This document shows positions 18,990 through 28,656 of a stretch of 64,000 nucleotides of DNA, in pieces. The DNA is taken from contig JAQTZF010000001.1 of NCBI GenBank assembly GCA_028687915.1, forward strand, positions 418,634 through 482,633. Reading direction: 5' to 3'. The position numbers and the translations under genes were made by a program. The notes beneath the pieces were generated by a model that saw only the letters and a list, made by a program, of their open reading frames with translations, was not told the origin of the DNA and did not search any database. Source of the DNA: Candidatus Daviesbacteria bacterium (GTDB lineage: Bacteria > Patescibacteriota > Microgenomatia > Daviesbacterales > UBA10151). Position 1 is the first letter of the stretch, and every line of letters starts with the position of its first letter.

Positions 18990-20006
18990 ATGAAAAAAGC
19001 TTTAATTACCGGAATTACAGGGCAGGATGGATCTTTTTTAACTGAGTTACTTTTAAAAAAAGGTTATGAGGTAGCAGGATTTATCAGAAGCAATAGTACA
19101 GGAAGTTTGGGAAATGTAACTCACCTTCGTGATGAACTTCAATTTTACCGGGGCAGTTTAGATGATGAAAGATCTATTGAAGAAGCTTTAATGGATTTTA
19201 AACCAGATGAAATTTATAATTTAGGAGCAGAAGCAGCCCCATTTGATTCTTTTAGAAGACCAGTTTATACCTCAGATATTAATGCTTTGGGTCCACTGCG
19301 TGTATTTGAAGCAGCTCACAGATTACAAAAGTCTTTGGATAAAAAAATTAAAATTTATCAGGCTTCTACTTCAGAAATGTTTGGAGCACCTACAGAAATT
19401 CCTCAAAATGAGAACACTTCTTTTAAACCAAATAATCCTTATGGGGTAGCAAAATTATTTGCTCATTATAATGCCAGAATTTTACGTGAAGGCACACAAA
19501 ATATGTTTATTTGTTGTGGAATATTATTTAATCATGAAAGTCCAAGAAGAGGGATGCAGTATGTAACCAGAAAAGTTACAGTAGCTGTGGCTTGTATAGT
19601 TAATAAAGTTAAAGATCCACCATTAAATGAATTAGGGGAACCAATAATTACTTCAGATTGGAAAATCCAAATGGGGAATTTGGATGCCAAAAGAGATTGG
19701 GGATATGCAAAAGAATATGTAGAAGCTATGCAGATCATGATGCAACAAGATAAGCCAGATGATTTTGTGATAGCTACAGGAGAAACTCACAGTATCAAAG
19801 ATTTACTGGAAGCAGCATTTTCTCATGTAGGATTAAATTGGGAGGATCATGTAATAACAAATCCTTCATTAGTCAGACCTTTAGAAACAGGTCCTCTTTG
19901 TGGGAATGCAGAAAAAGCTAAAAAAGTATTAGGTTGGGAACCTAAAACAAGTTTTAAACAATTAGTTGGGTTAATGGTAGACTCAGACCTCGCCAAATTT
20001 TCTTGA
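18990..20006 (+). CDS. gmd: GDP-mannose 4,6-dehydratase
   Basis: ALITGITGQDG, PDEIYNL, YQASTSEMFG, PYGVAK, GILFNHESPRRG, GNLDAKRDWG, VIATGE. Confidence 0.93.
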   Translation: MKKALITGITGQDGSFLTELLLKKGYEVAGFIRSNSTGSLGNVTHLRDELQFYRGSLDDERSIEEALMDFKPDEIYNLGAEAAPFDSFRRPVYTSDINALGPLRVFEAAHRLQKSLDKKIKIYQASTSEMFGAPTEIPQNENTSFKPNNPYGVAKLFAHYNARILREGTQNMFICCGILFNHESPRRGMQYVTRKVTVAVACIVNKVKDPPLNELGEPIITSDWKIQMGNLDAKRDWGYAKEYVEAMQIMMQQDKPDDFVIATGETHSIKDLLEAAFSHVGLNWEDHVITNPSLVRPLETGPLCGNAEKAKKVLGWEPKTSFKQLVGLMVDSDLAKFS

Positions 20007-20078
20007 ACCAACTTCTCTTAGAATTTTTTGGTCGAGTATTTTTTTTCATAAACTAATTTAATAAAGTATAATAACCGC

Positions 20079-21677
20079 ATGACTATTAAGAAATCTGATT
20101 ATGCTCAAATAATTGGAAATATAAACATAGGAAACTCTATTGCAGAAGACGATTTTTTATTAGAGTCTGCAAGAGTTGAAACGCCGGTGTTTAAAGGTGT
20201 TATTGAAGATAAGTATGATATAGTTTTGGGTAGAAAAGGTGCAGGAAAAACTGCAATATTTAAGTTAGTAAACCTTTTGTCAGAACATTTGTTGAGCAGA
20301 GACAATTTAGTAATATTAAGTGGAGTAAATAGTTCCGGTGAATCATTGTTTAATAAATTTAAAGAACAATTTAAAGATTATAGCGAAGAAGACTTTGAAA
20401 ATTTTTGGAAACTGTACTTTATTAATTTAATTTATAATCAATTTCTTAAAGAGCCTAAATTTGAGAAGAAACTGGAAACTTGCGAGAAGGAGATCAAAGA
20501 TTTTAAAAGTGCTTGCTATAAAGCAGGAATTCCCGATATTAAAAGCATACAAGGAATGCAAGCTATACTGGCTTGGTCTGTAAATGCGTTAAAGTCAGTT
20601 AAGTTAAAAGTTCCTATATCTTATGATGCAAAAAATCAAACATTATTTGCCCTTCCTGAATTAAAGATTGAAAAGGGTGTCAATAAGGAAGATGGTTTAT
20701 CAGAAACTAAATCTTTATATGTGCATGATATAGGTTTTGCTCTTGGGAAAATTCTTCATAAAAGTGGTTTTCATATATGGATTATATTGGATAGACTTGA
20801 TGAGGTTTTTGATAGATACTCTGCAGAGGAATTTAATGGTTTAAGAGGCTTATTAAGAGCTTATAAGAGTTTTGACATCGGAGTTGAAGGTAATTTTCGG
20901 ATAAAACTTTTTTTAAGAGATGACATCAAGTCTTTCTTAACAGATGCTAAGTCATATGAAAAACATTTCCCTAAAAAAGAATTACCTCCTTTGGTAGCAG
21001 CTACGCATATATTTTCAAAGGAATCACCAACACTAAGTTGGTCAGAAGATGAAATTGAGCAGTTAATATTAAATAGGTTATTGCTTGGACTAAATATTCA
21101 GCTAAGAGATTATTTGGGAATTAATGAAAAATATGTCGGTTTAAAAAAGAGTGAGATCGATAAAAAACTAGAAGAAGAATTAAGAAATAAACAATCCCGT
21201 AAAGAATATTGGAACAAGATATTTCCTTCTAAAATATCTTCAACCGATTCCTCTTTAAAGTGGATTTTTTCTCATCTTAAAGATTCAAATGATATAGTTA
21301 CTCCACGTTCAGTGATTGATATGTTAGAAGGAGCAATAAACTTCCAAAAACAAAAAATGCAAACAGATTTTCAGGATTCTTCTGTTGTATTTCCAATTGA
21401 GTCTATTAAAGCAGGTTTAGACATTGCTTCAGAACATAAACTTCTAAAGGATATATATAATGAATTCCCTAAAGAACAAGGATATATTAAACTTTTAAGT
21501 AAAGAAGGTCAGTTTAAGCTTTCTAAATCAGACCTCGAAAGACTTTTTGGAAAAGATTGGGAAAATATTGTTACCACCTTACGAAAGATAGGAATTCTTA
21601 GATATGTGAAAAATTCAGAGGAGTTTAGAATTGTTCACCTATTTCGCCCGGCCTTGGGAGTTAGTTATAGATATTAG
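20079..21677 (+). CDS. Stand-alone P-loop ATPase (Sll1717-like / STAND-related) with a probable C-terminal winged helix
   Basis: AEDD N-terminal motif, Walker A GRKGAGKT, Walker B IILDRLDE, FLRDDI, LSWS, TPR, LRKIGIL. TATAAT at 20067-20072, 6 nt before the ATG. Confidence 0.75.
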   Translation: MTIKKSDYAQIIGNINIGNSIAEDDFLLESARVETPVFKGVIEDKYDIVLGRKGAGKTAIFKLVNLLSEHLLSRDNLVILSGVNSSGESLFNKFKEQFKDYSEEDFENFWKLYFINLIYNQFLKEPKFEKKLETCEKEIKDFKSACYKAGIPDIKSIQGMQAILAWSVNALKSVKLKVPISYDAKNQTLFALPELKIEKGVNKEDGLSETKSLYVHDIGFALGKILHKSGFHIWIILDRLDEVFDRYSAEEFNGLRGLLRAYKSFDIGVEGNFRIKLFLRDDIKSFLTDAKSYEKHFPKKELPPLVAATHIFSKESPTLSWSEDEIEQLILNRLLLGLNIQLRDYLGINEKYVGLKKSEIDKKLEEELRNKQSRKEYWNKIFPSKISSTDSSLKWIFSHLKDSNDIVTPRSVIDMLEGAINFQKQKMQTDFQDSSVVFPIESIKAGLDIASEHKLLKDIYNEFPKEQGYIKLLSKEGQFKLSKSDLERLFGKDWENIVTTLRKIGILRYVKNSEEFRIVHLFRPALGVSYRY

Positions 21678-21703
21678 ATAGTCGAAAGGTATGGTGTTAT
21701 GTA

Positions 21704-21732
21704 TTGTCAAAAGTTATTCCTTCATCTACAAT
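21704..21732 (+). promoter_or_regulatory. Putative sigma70 promoter for the GT2-GtrA gene
   Basis: TTGTCA (21704-21709), 17 nt spacer, TACAAT (21727-21732). Confidence 0.65.
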
Positions 21733-21765
21733 CGATCAAGGTCCTTAAAAATCCAGTAATAGAAA

Positions 21766-22947
21766 ATGAAAAAAGCGGTAATCCTACTTTATACCTATAA
21801 TGAAAAAGAAAATCTTGAAAAATTTGTTGGTGAGGTTTTAAATCAAGAAAAACACTCTGATGGATGGAATTTTGAAATATTAATAGCTGACAGCTCTTCT
21901 CCAGATGGCACATTTGAAATAGCAAAAAGACTTGCTAAAAATAATCCTAAAATTCATGCAATTACTGTAGGAAAGGGATTGGGGGTAGCAGTTATTGAAG
22001 GTCATCAATACTCTATAAAACATTTAAAGCCAGATGCTTTGGTTCAACTTGATGCTGATGGACAAGCTAAAGCTGATGTTGTCCCAAGACTTTTAAAAAC
22101 AATTGATGAAGGTTATAACCTTGCCCTTGGTTCAAGATTTGTTAAGGGTGGAAAAAATGATTTAACACTCTTGCGAAGAATTTTTACCTGGGGGTCTTGT
22201 ACCTTTTCCCGTTTAATAATGGGCCCTTTGGATATACAGGAATTTACAAATTCCGCCAGGGCATTTACCCCGGAATTATTTAATAAAATTAATTTAAAAA
22301 GACTTCCCTGGAGGGAACAATCTTATATTATTCAACCTGCTTTTTTAAATGAAGCAGTTTTGGCTGGTGCAAAATACAAAGAAGTTCCTCTTTATTTTAA
22401 AAATAGGGAAGAGGGGTATTCAAAAAATAAAGTCTTTAACTATACCTATGATGTAATTACTTATTCAATAGATGCTAGACTCCGAAAATGGGGTTTTAAT
22501 GGTAATTTTTTTAGAATGTCCAGAAGGGCAAAGACTTTTATTAAGTTTGGGATTGTAGGAGTTACCGGAACTATTGTTGATTTTGCCTTTTATAAAATAT
22601 TTATCAATGGATTTGATTTTAATCCTGCAACAGCCAAGGGGTTTTCTGCAGAAATTGCAGTAGTTAATAATTTTATCTGGAATAATTTTTGGACTTTTAA
22701 ATATAGAAAAACAAAAACCAATTTAGGGCAAAAATTCCTTATTTTTAATCTGGTCAGTGTAGGAGGAATTGTAATAGGTGTTTTGATTGTTAAATTATTG
22801 GATATGACCTTTGGAAGTGGATATGTTTATATTTTAGGAAGACATATTGCCTATAATAACTTTTATTTCTTTGCCACAATCCCACCTGTGATGATTTGGA
22901 ACTTTGTAGCAAATCACCTTATAACCTGGAAAAACAAAGAAGATTAA
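21766..22947 (+). CDS. Polyprenol-phosphate glycosyltransferase (DPM1-like GT2) fused to a GtrA-like flippase domain
   Basis: YNEKENL, DSSSPDGT, LDADGQ, GSRFVKGG; C-terminal FIKFGIVG...NNFIWNNFWTF...WNFVANHLITW GtrA pattern. Confidence 0.88.
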   Translation: MKKAVILLYTYNEKENLEKFVGEVLNQEKHSDGWNFEILIADSSSPDGTFEIAKRLAKNNPKIHAITVGKGLGVAVIEGHQYSIKHLKPDALVQLDADGQAKADVVPRLLKTIDEGYNLALGSRFVKGGKNDLTLLRRIFTWGSCTFSRLIMGPLDIQEFTNSARAFTPELFNKINLKRLPWREQSYIIQPAFLNEAVLAGAKYKEVPLYFKNREEGYSKNKVFNYTYDVITYSIDARLRKWGFNGNFFRMSRRAKTFIKFGIVGVTGTIVDFAFYKIFINGFDFNPATAKGFSAEIAVVNNFIWNNFWTFKYRKTKTNLGQKFLIFNLVSVGGIVIGVLIVKLLDMTFGSGYVYILGRHIAYNNFYFFATIPPVMIWNFVANHLITWKNKED

Positions 22948-24113
22948 TTATATAACTGTAAATTAGAAACTGGAGCTGTATTAGAAATTAAGAAGTTTTG
23001 AGCATAAAGGTAAATCCCCAGGGAAACTATCACCAAAACAATTTTAAATTCCTTTGATGTTAAGAGACGCTCAAATGCAATCAGAACAAAAGGAAAGATT
23101 GGTAAAACATATCTGCTAATATCTCTATGTGCTACAAATATACTTGCTCCAAGATAGGTAAAGACAAAGAAAGCTAATGGATAAAGTTTTTGTTTTATTA
23201 AAAACATTGCCCCCAGGAAGCCTAGTATAAAGGTATAAACAATATCTTCCAGCCAGATATCTCCTACCCAAAATTGATTTTTATTAAATACCTGAAAAGG
23301 GGTAAGTGTAAGATGAATATTATCACCAGAATGAAAGTAAGCAAAAAAATCTTTATAAGCCAGGGAATACCAGTAAAAAACTCCCAGCATAGTTAAAGGA
23401 ATTAAAAATAAAGGGGAATAACTAAAAAGATGAGTTATTTTTTGTGAGATAGTTTGTGTTTTGTTTTTAAAAAAGGTATTCCATAATACAAATAAACCAA
23501 TAGCTATAAATATTAAGATTCCTGGTGGTCTGGTAAATTGGGCCAGCATTCCAAAAAGTGCAGTTGCCCAAATATATTTTTGTTGTTTTAAAGCTTCAAA
23601 CTTCATAAAGAAGTAAAAAGTAAGGATGGTAAAGCAGATAAAAATTGGTTCTGCAGAGCCTACACTATGAACTATTAACCATCTGGCAGGTAAGACTAAA
23701 AACAATGATGATAAAAGTAATGGGTGAGTACTTAATTTAAAATCTTTAACTAAATAATAAAAAGCTAAAACTGATGTGATTGTAAAAAATACTGAAATTA
23801 GTAACATTGCTTTTAAGAATCCAAAAAACGGAGAGATTAAAAGTATTAGCATGGCATAACCTGGAAAGTGGGCTGCATAATAATTAGCAGATAGTGATTG
23901 GGGTAAGGAAGCAATAATATGTGGCTGATATAAGGATTTGGCAATAATTACATATTCCAGGCCATCAAAATTACGATAAATTGATCCTATTCCAGCAGAA
24001 AAATTTAAGCCTAATAAATTTTCCAGGTTCAGGTAAAAAGGTAACCAGATTATGAGGGTGAGAAACAGTGTAAGTCCTGTTAAAATAAAGAAATCTTTTA
24101 TAATGTTTTTCAC
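22944..24113 (-). CDS. GT-C membrane glycosyltransferase, PIG-V/mannosyltransferase-like
   Basis: RNFDGLEYVIIAKSLY, AAHFPGY, SAEPIF, TRPPG, SRYVLPIFP. GTG start 6 nt after TGcTAACAT. Confidence 0.75.
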   Translation of the reverse strand: MKNIIKDFFILTGLTLFLTLIIWLPFYLNLENLLGLNFSAGIGSIYRNFDGLEYVIIAKSLYQPHIIASLPQSLSANYYAAHFPGYAMLILLISPFFGFLKAMLLISVFFTITSVLAFYYLVKDFKLSTHPLLLSSLFLVLPARWLIVHSVGSAEPIFICFTILTFYFFMKFEALKQQKYIWATALFGMLAQFTRPPGILIFIAIGLFVLWNTFFKNKTQTISQKITHLFSYSPLFLIPLTMLGVFYWYSLAYKDFFAYFHSGDNIHLTLTPFQVFNKNQFWVGDIWLEDIVYTFILGFLGAMFLIKQKLYPLAFFVFTYLGASIFVAHRDISRYVLPIFPFVLIAFERLLTSKEFKIVLVIVSLGIYLYAQNFLISNTAPVSNLQLYN

Positions 24114-24179
24114 AATTTTATGTTAGCATAACCATATATTCTTGTGCTACACTGGCTAAGACTATATTTATAAACTTTT

Positions 24180-24878
24180 ATGAAAATTGACGAATTATCA
24201 GTATTTTTTCCGGTTTACAATGAGGAGAAAAATATTCCTGTTACAGTTGAAAAAGCAATTGCTGTATTAAAAACGTTGGGTTTAAAAAAATATGAAATTA
24301 TTTTAGTTGATGATGGTTCAAAAGATAAAAGTCCGGAAATTATAGATAATTTAGCTAAGAAATATAATTTTATTAAAGCTATTCATCAAGCTAACGGTGG
24401 TTATGGGTGTGCATTAAGAACAGGTTTAGCAAATGCCTCATATGATTGGATAGTTTACACAGACGCAGACGGACAGTTTGATTTTTCAGAAGTTACTAAA
24501 TTTTTGGAGAAAGCAGAAGAAGCAGATGTTATTTATGCTTATAAGATTAAAAGAAGTGATCCTCCTTTTCGAATGTTTGCAGCAGCAGGTTGGGCTTTTT
24601 CATTATTTTTGGTATTAGGTTTAAGGGTAAAAGATGTAGATACAGGTTTTAAGATGGTAAACAAGAAAGTGTTGCAGAAAATTGCACCTTTGGAATCAAC
24701 CAGAGGGGGGATGATTAATGCAGAGCTGGTGATGAAAGCCAGGAAAGCTGGCTTCAGGTTTGCCCAGGTTAGTGTTAATCATTACCATCGTTTATATGGA
24801 AAGCCATCAGGGGTAAAATTAGAAGTAATTATTCAATCATACCTAGACCTTCTTAAACTTTGGTGGAAGTTGCATTAG
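24180..24878 (+). CDS. GT2 polyprenol-phosphate glycosyltransferase (DPM/DPG synthase-like)
   Basis: FPVYNEE, VDDGSKD, YTDADGQFD, DVDTGFK. Confidence 0.88.
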   Translation: MKIDELSVFFPVYNEEKNIPVTVEKAIAVLKTLGLKKYEIILVDDGSKDKSPEIIDNLAKKYNFIKAIHQANGGYGCALRTGLANASYDWIVYTDADGQFDFSEVTKFLEKAEEADVIYAYKIKRSDPPFRMFAAAGWAFSLFLVLGLRVKDVDTGFKMVNKKVLQKIAPLESTRGGMINAELVMKARKAGFRFAQVSVNHYHRLYGKPSGVKLEVIIQSYLDLLKLWWKLH

Positions 24879-24879
24879 A

Positions 24880-26406
24880 ATGAAGTCTCTGATTACGTGG
24901 ATAAAACAAAACAAGCTTGAATGCTTAATTTTGACGACTATTTTAGGAGTGGCTGCTTTTTTAAGGTTTTACCGTCTCCCTGATTACATGACTTTTTTGG
25001 GTGATGAAGGCAGGGATGCTTTAATTGTTAAAGATATTCTGGTAAATCATATTATTCCTTCAATTGGTCCCCCATCATCTGTTGGAAATATTTATTTGGG
25101 TCCTTTGTATTACTACATGATGGCTGTTCCAATGGGGATTTTTTGGCTCAATCCTGTGGCTGCAACAGCAATGGTAGCTTTAATTGGGGTAATGGCTGTT
25201 GCTCTAATCTATTATTTAGCAAGAGTGTGGTTTGGTGTTTGTGCAGCAATACTTGCTGCAAGTCTTTATGCTTTATCCTTTGTCACAATCACCTATTCCA
25301 GGTCATCCTGGAATCCTAATCCTGTCCCCTTTTTTACACTTCTTGCTATCTTGGGATTTTATAAAGCAAGGCAAAGTAAAAACTTTTTATGGTTAATACT
25401 AACAGGAATTAGCTTGGCTGCGGCTGTTCAAATGCACTATTTATCCCTTATTTTACTTCCTATTTTTGGTTTGCTCTGGGTTTTTGAACTAAAAGATCAG
25501 GTAATACGTCAAAAATATTCTCATTTTATATTTGGAACAATTTCTGCAATAACAGTATTTATTCTAATGCTAATGCCGCTTATACTATTTGATTTTCGTC
25601 ATAATTTTTTAAATTATCGGGGGATAGTTTCATTATTTACACAAAGTGATAGTAGTGTTGGTTTTAATATATTCACAAGTTTAGGAAAAATCTTGCCGAT
25701 ATTTAATGATAAGCTAATTGGAAGATATTTAGGTGCAGAAAATATTATAGTTACCCTCTTTATATCAATTTTAGTTATTGTGCCTTTGATTTATGGTTTA
25801 TATAAATCTTTTAGACAAAGTAAGGGAGATAACAGTTGGTCAGTATTTGCTTTGGGGATTTGGCTGATTGTTGGTTTATTTGGAATTTCTTTATTTAAAT
25901 TAGAAATATATGATCATTATTTGGGGTTTATTAGCCCGGTACCATTTTTATTATTAGGTGGTTTTGTGGGTATTTTTAAAAATAAAATAGGTTTAATTAT
26001 TACAATAATAATTATATTTATAGTAGGTTTTTTAAATCTACAAAAAACTACTATATTACAACCTGCGAACTATCAACTCGAACGTACTCAGCAAATATCT
26101 AAATATATTATTCAGGAAGTGGGTAATAAACAATTTAACTTTGCTTTACTTTCCGAGAATAACTATGATTCAGCTTATCAATATTTCCTGGATCTTTATG
26201 GAAATAAACCCCGGGTTGTTCCTGTTGATATAACAGACCAATTATATGTGGTTTGTGAGGATAAGGTTTGTAAGCCTGTGGGGAATGCAAAATATGAAAT
26301 AGCGGGTTTTGGTTGGACTTTGATTGAAAAAGAAGAAATAGTTTCAGGTGTTAAAGTTTTTAAGTTAGTTCATAATCCAGCCCAAAAAAATGAAAAAAGT
26401 CTTTAA
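24880..26406 (+). CDS. GT-C membrane glycosyltransferase, subfamily A
   Basis: LRFYRL, FLGDEGRDAL, IGPPSSVGNIYLGPLYYY, SRSSWNPN, QMHY, FDFRHNF. Confidence 0.8.
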   Translation: MKSLITWIKQNKLECLILTTILGVAAFLRFYRLPDYMTFLGDEGRDALIVKDILVNHIIPSIGPPSSVGNIYLGPLYYYMMAVPMGIFWLNPVAATAMVALIGVMAVALIYYLARVWFGVCAAILAASLYALSFVTITYSRSSWNPNPVPFFTLLAILGFYKARQSKNFLWLILTGISLAAAVQMHYLSLILLPIFGLLWVFELKDQVIRQKYSHFIFGTISAITVFILMLMPLILFDFRHNFLNYRGIVSLFTQSDSSVGFNIFTSLGKILPIFNDKLIGRYLGAENIIVTLFISILVIVPLIYGLYKSFRQSKGDNSWSVFALGIWLIVGLFGISLFKLEIYDHYLGFISPVPFLLLGGFVGIFKNKIGLIITIIIIFIVGFLNLQKTTILQPANYQLERTQQISKYIIQEVGNKQFNFALLSENNYDSAYQYFLDLYGNKPRVVPVDITDQLYVVCEDKVCKPVGNAKYEIAGFGWTLIEKEEIVSGVKVFKLVHNPAQKNEKSL

Positions 26407-27916
26407 TAAAGTCCGGTCCTTTTTAATACAAGATATTCAGAAATATAAATTTCATTATTTTTTGGTAGCTGGTTTATTGGTTTGTGCGTTTGTTTTACGA
26501 GTTTGGAGGATTGATCAATTGCTTGGTTTTTACTTTGATCAAGGGAGAGATGCACTTGTAGTTAATGAAATCATCCAGGGGAACTTAACTTTGATTGGTC
26601 CCACAACAGCTATAGAAGGGATTTTTTTAGGACCCTTTTATTATTACATACTTGCTGTTGGTTATCTTATTGGGCAGGGTAGTCCGGTGATTGCCTCGTA
26701 TTGGCAGACCATAATAATTTTACTGGGGTATTTTGTGACTTTTTTGATAGCTCGAATTTATTTTTCGCTTAGAGTTGGTTTAATTACGCTTTTTTTAATG
26801 ACTTTTTCATTTTCACAAATAAAGTTAGATCGTTGGTTATCAAATCCCACACCAACTATGTTATTTTCTCCCCTGGTGGTACTTTCTTTATTGTTAAGTT
26901 TTAAAACACCTCGTATATTCTTGCCTTTGACAGCATTTTTCTCAGGAATATTATTACAGCTTGAAGCCTCAAGCAGTTTTGCTTTAATGCTAATAACACT
27001 AATATTCATCTTTGTTTTTAGAAAAAAATTTACTCTTACTTCGATGTTGCTTTCGGCTTTAGCATTTTTTATAACACTATTACCACAGATTCTTTTTGAA
27101 ATAAAACATAATTTCTTAATTACAAAGTCATTTTTAAGCTTTTTAAGCGGAAAAGTACAAACTGAAGGCCAGTCTACTTTTAGGATTCCTATTGACCTAA
27201 CCTTTCAAAATAGAGTTGATCTTTATTCAATAACTTTTTTAGAGAAGTTAAAGTTAAATTATGATCTTACCTTTAGTTTCGTTTTTGTCATTTTTTTAAT
27301 AGTTTCATTATTTTTTGTAATAAAGAATTGGTCAAATCCGGCAATTAAATTAATTGCATTCTGGTTTTATGGGCTACTATTATTTTTCTTATTTTATAGC
27401 GGTAACTATGGCATAATTAATAATTATTATTTCTTCCCGATATTTCCCTTATTTTTTATCTTGATTGCTCTTATTCTAAATTGGATGTTTAAAAATAGAT
27501 TTTTGAAACCAATTGTAATTATCTTACTGGCCCTCTTTTTATATGATCAATTACCAATGTCTTTAAGCTATATATCCAGTGGGGTAGATGGGCATACAAC
27601 AATTGCTTTGGGTAATCAGGCTAAGGCGGTTGAATATATTATTAATGATTCTGGTGAGCAGGCATATAACTGGGATGCTTATGTTCCTCCTGTTATACCC
27701 TATACATATACTTATTTATTCAAATATTATGGAAATAGGTATAACCGGATGCCATCAGAACAGATAACCGACAATTTGTATACTATTCATGAGGTAGATA
27801 TATCTATACCGGAAAGAGAAAGTGCTTGGTTAAAAAGACAAGATGAAATTGGTACAATAATAGATACAAAAAATTTTGGTGGAATTACAGTAGAAAAACG
27901 GCAAAGAATAAAATGA
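26390..27916 (+). CDS. GT-C membrane glycosyltransferase, subfamily A
   Basis: LRVWRI, FDQGRDAL, LIGPTTAIEGIFLGPFYYY, RWLSNP, FEIKHNF. Confidence 0.8.
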   Translation: MKKVFNKVRSFLIQDIQKYKFHYFLVAGLLVCAFVLRVWRIDQLLGFYFDQGRDALVVNEIIQGNLTLIGPTTAIEGIFLGPFYYYILAVGYLIGQGSPVIASYWQTIIILLGYFVTFLIARIYFSLRVGLITLFLMTFSFSQIKLDRWLSNPTPTMLFSPLVVLSLLLSFKTPRIFLPLTAFFSGILLQLEASSSFALMLITLIFIFVFRKKFTLTSMLLSALAFFITLLPQILFEIKHNFLITKSFLSFLSGKVQTEGQSTFRIPIDLTFQNRVDLYSITFLEKLKLNYDLTFSFVFVIFLIVSLFFVIKNWSNPAIKLIAFWFYGLLLFFLFYSGNYGIINNYYFFPIFPLFFILIALILNWMFKNRFLKPIVIILLALFLYDQLPMSLSYISSGVDGHTTIALGNQAKAVEYIINDSGEQAYNWDAYVPPVIPYTYTYLFKYYGNRYNRMPSEQITDNLYTIHEVDISIPERESAWLKRQDEIGTIIDTKNFGGITVEKRQRIK

Positions 27917-28656
27917 AAAATATGAAACTATCAATAGTAATACCGGCTTACAATGAAGCTAAAAACTTAAAAAGAGGTGTTTTGGATGACGTTTATGATT
28001 ACCTTAAAAATCAAAACTATAATTATGAGGTTTTGATTGTTGATGATGGTTCCAGTGATTCGACAGTTAAATTGGTTGAAGCCGAGATTAAAAATAAAAA
28101 AGGCATTCGGTTAATTAAAAACCAACATGGAGGTAAAGCTATTACAGTAATTACTGGTTTATTAGAAAGTATAGGGGATATTGTTTTGTTTACAGATATG
28201 GATCAAGCTACTCCTTTAAATCAGATTGAGAAAATATTTCCAAAGTTTGATAATGGTTTTGATATTGTAATTGGTTCAAGGAAAGGAAGAGAAGGCGCAC
28301 CTCCTATTCGAAAATTAATGGGATGGAGTTTTTCTGTGCTTCGTGGATTAATGCTTGGTTTACCATTTACTGACACGCAGTGTGGATTTAAAGCTTTTAA
28401 TAAAAAATCTATAAAAGTAATTTTTCCGGATCTTTTAAAAAGTTGGAAAAACATAAAAGCAAGTGGTTCTGCAGTAAATGCTGGCTTTGATGTTGAGACA
28501 TTATTTATTGCCAGAAAAAAAGGTTTTAAAATCGCCGAAGTTTTAGTTGACTGGAGACATGTTGGTTCGGAAAGAGTTCAGGCAGTTAAAGACTCGCTTG
28601 AAGCATTGAAGGATATGGTGCGTATTAAAGTTAATGATATCCAAGGAAAATATTAA
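27913..28656 (+). CDS. GT2 polyprenol-phosphate glycosyltransferase (ALG5/DPG synthase-like)
   Basis: IPAYNE, VDDGSSD, FTDMDQATP, IGSR, DTQCGFKAF, FDVETL, VDW. Confidence 0.88.
   Translation: MKNMKLSIVIPAYNEAKNLKRGVLDDVYDYLKNQNYNYEVLIVDDGSSDSTVKLVEAEIKNKKGIRLIKNQHGGKAITVITGLLESIGDIVLFTDMDQATPLNQIEKIFPKFDNGFDIVIGSRKGREGAPPIRKLMGWSFSVLRGLMLGLPFTDTQCGFKAFNKKSIKVIFPDLLKSWKNIKASGSAVNAGFDVETLFIARKKGFKIAEVLVDWRHVGSERVQAVKDSLEALKDMVRIKVNDIQGKY

Noticed and set aside
3215-22947. Convergent genes sharing a TTAA stop overlap (3215-3218 and 22944-22947), considered as possible insertion target sites
   Set aside because: A common result of compaction in AT-rich genomes; no duplicated target or transposase seen.
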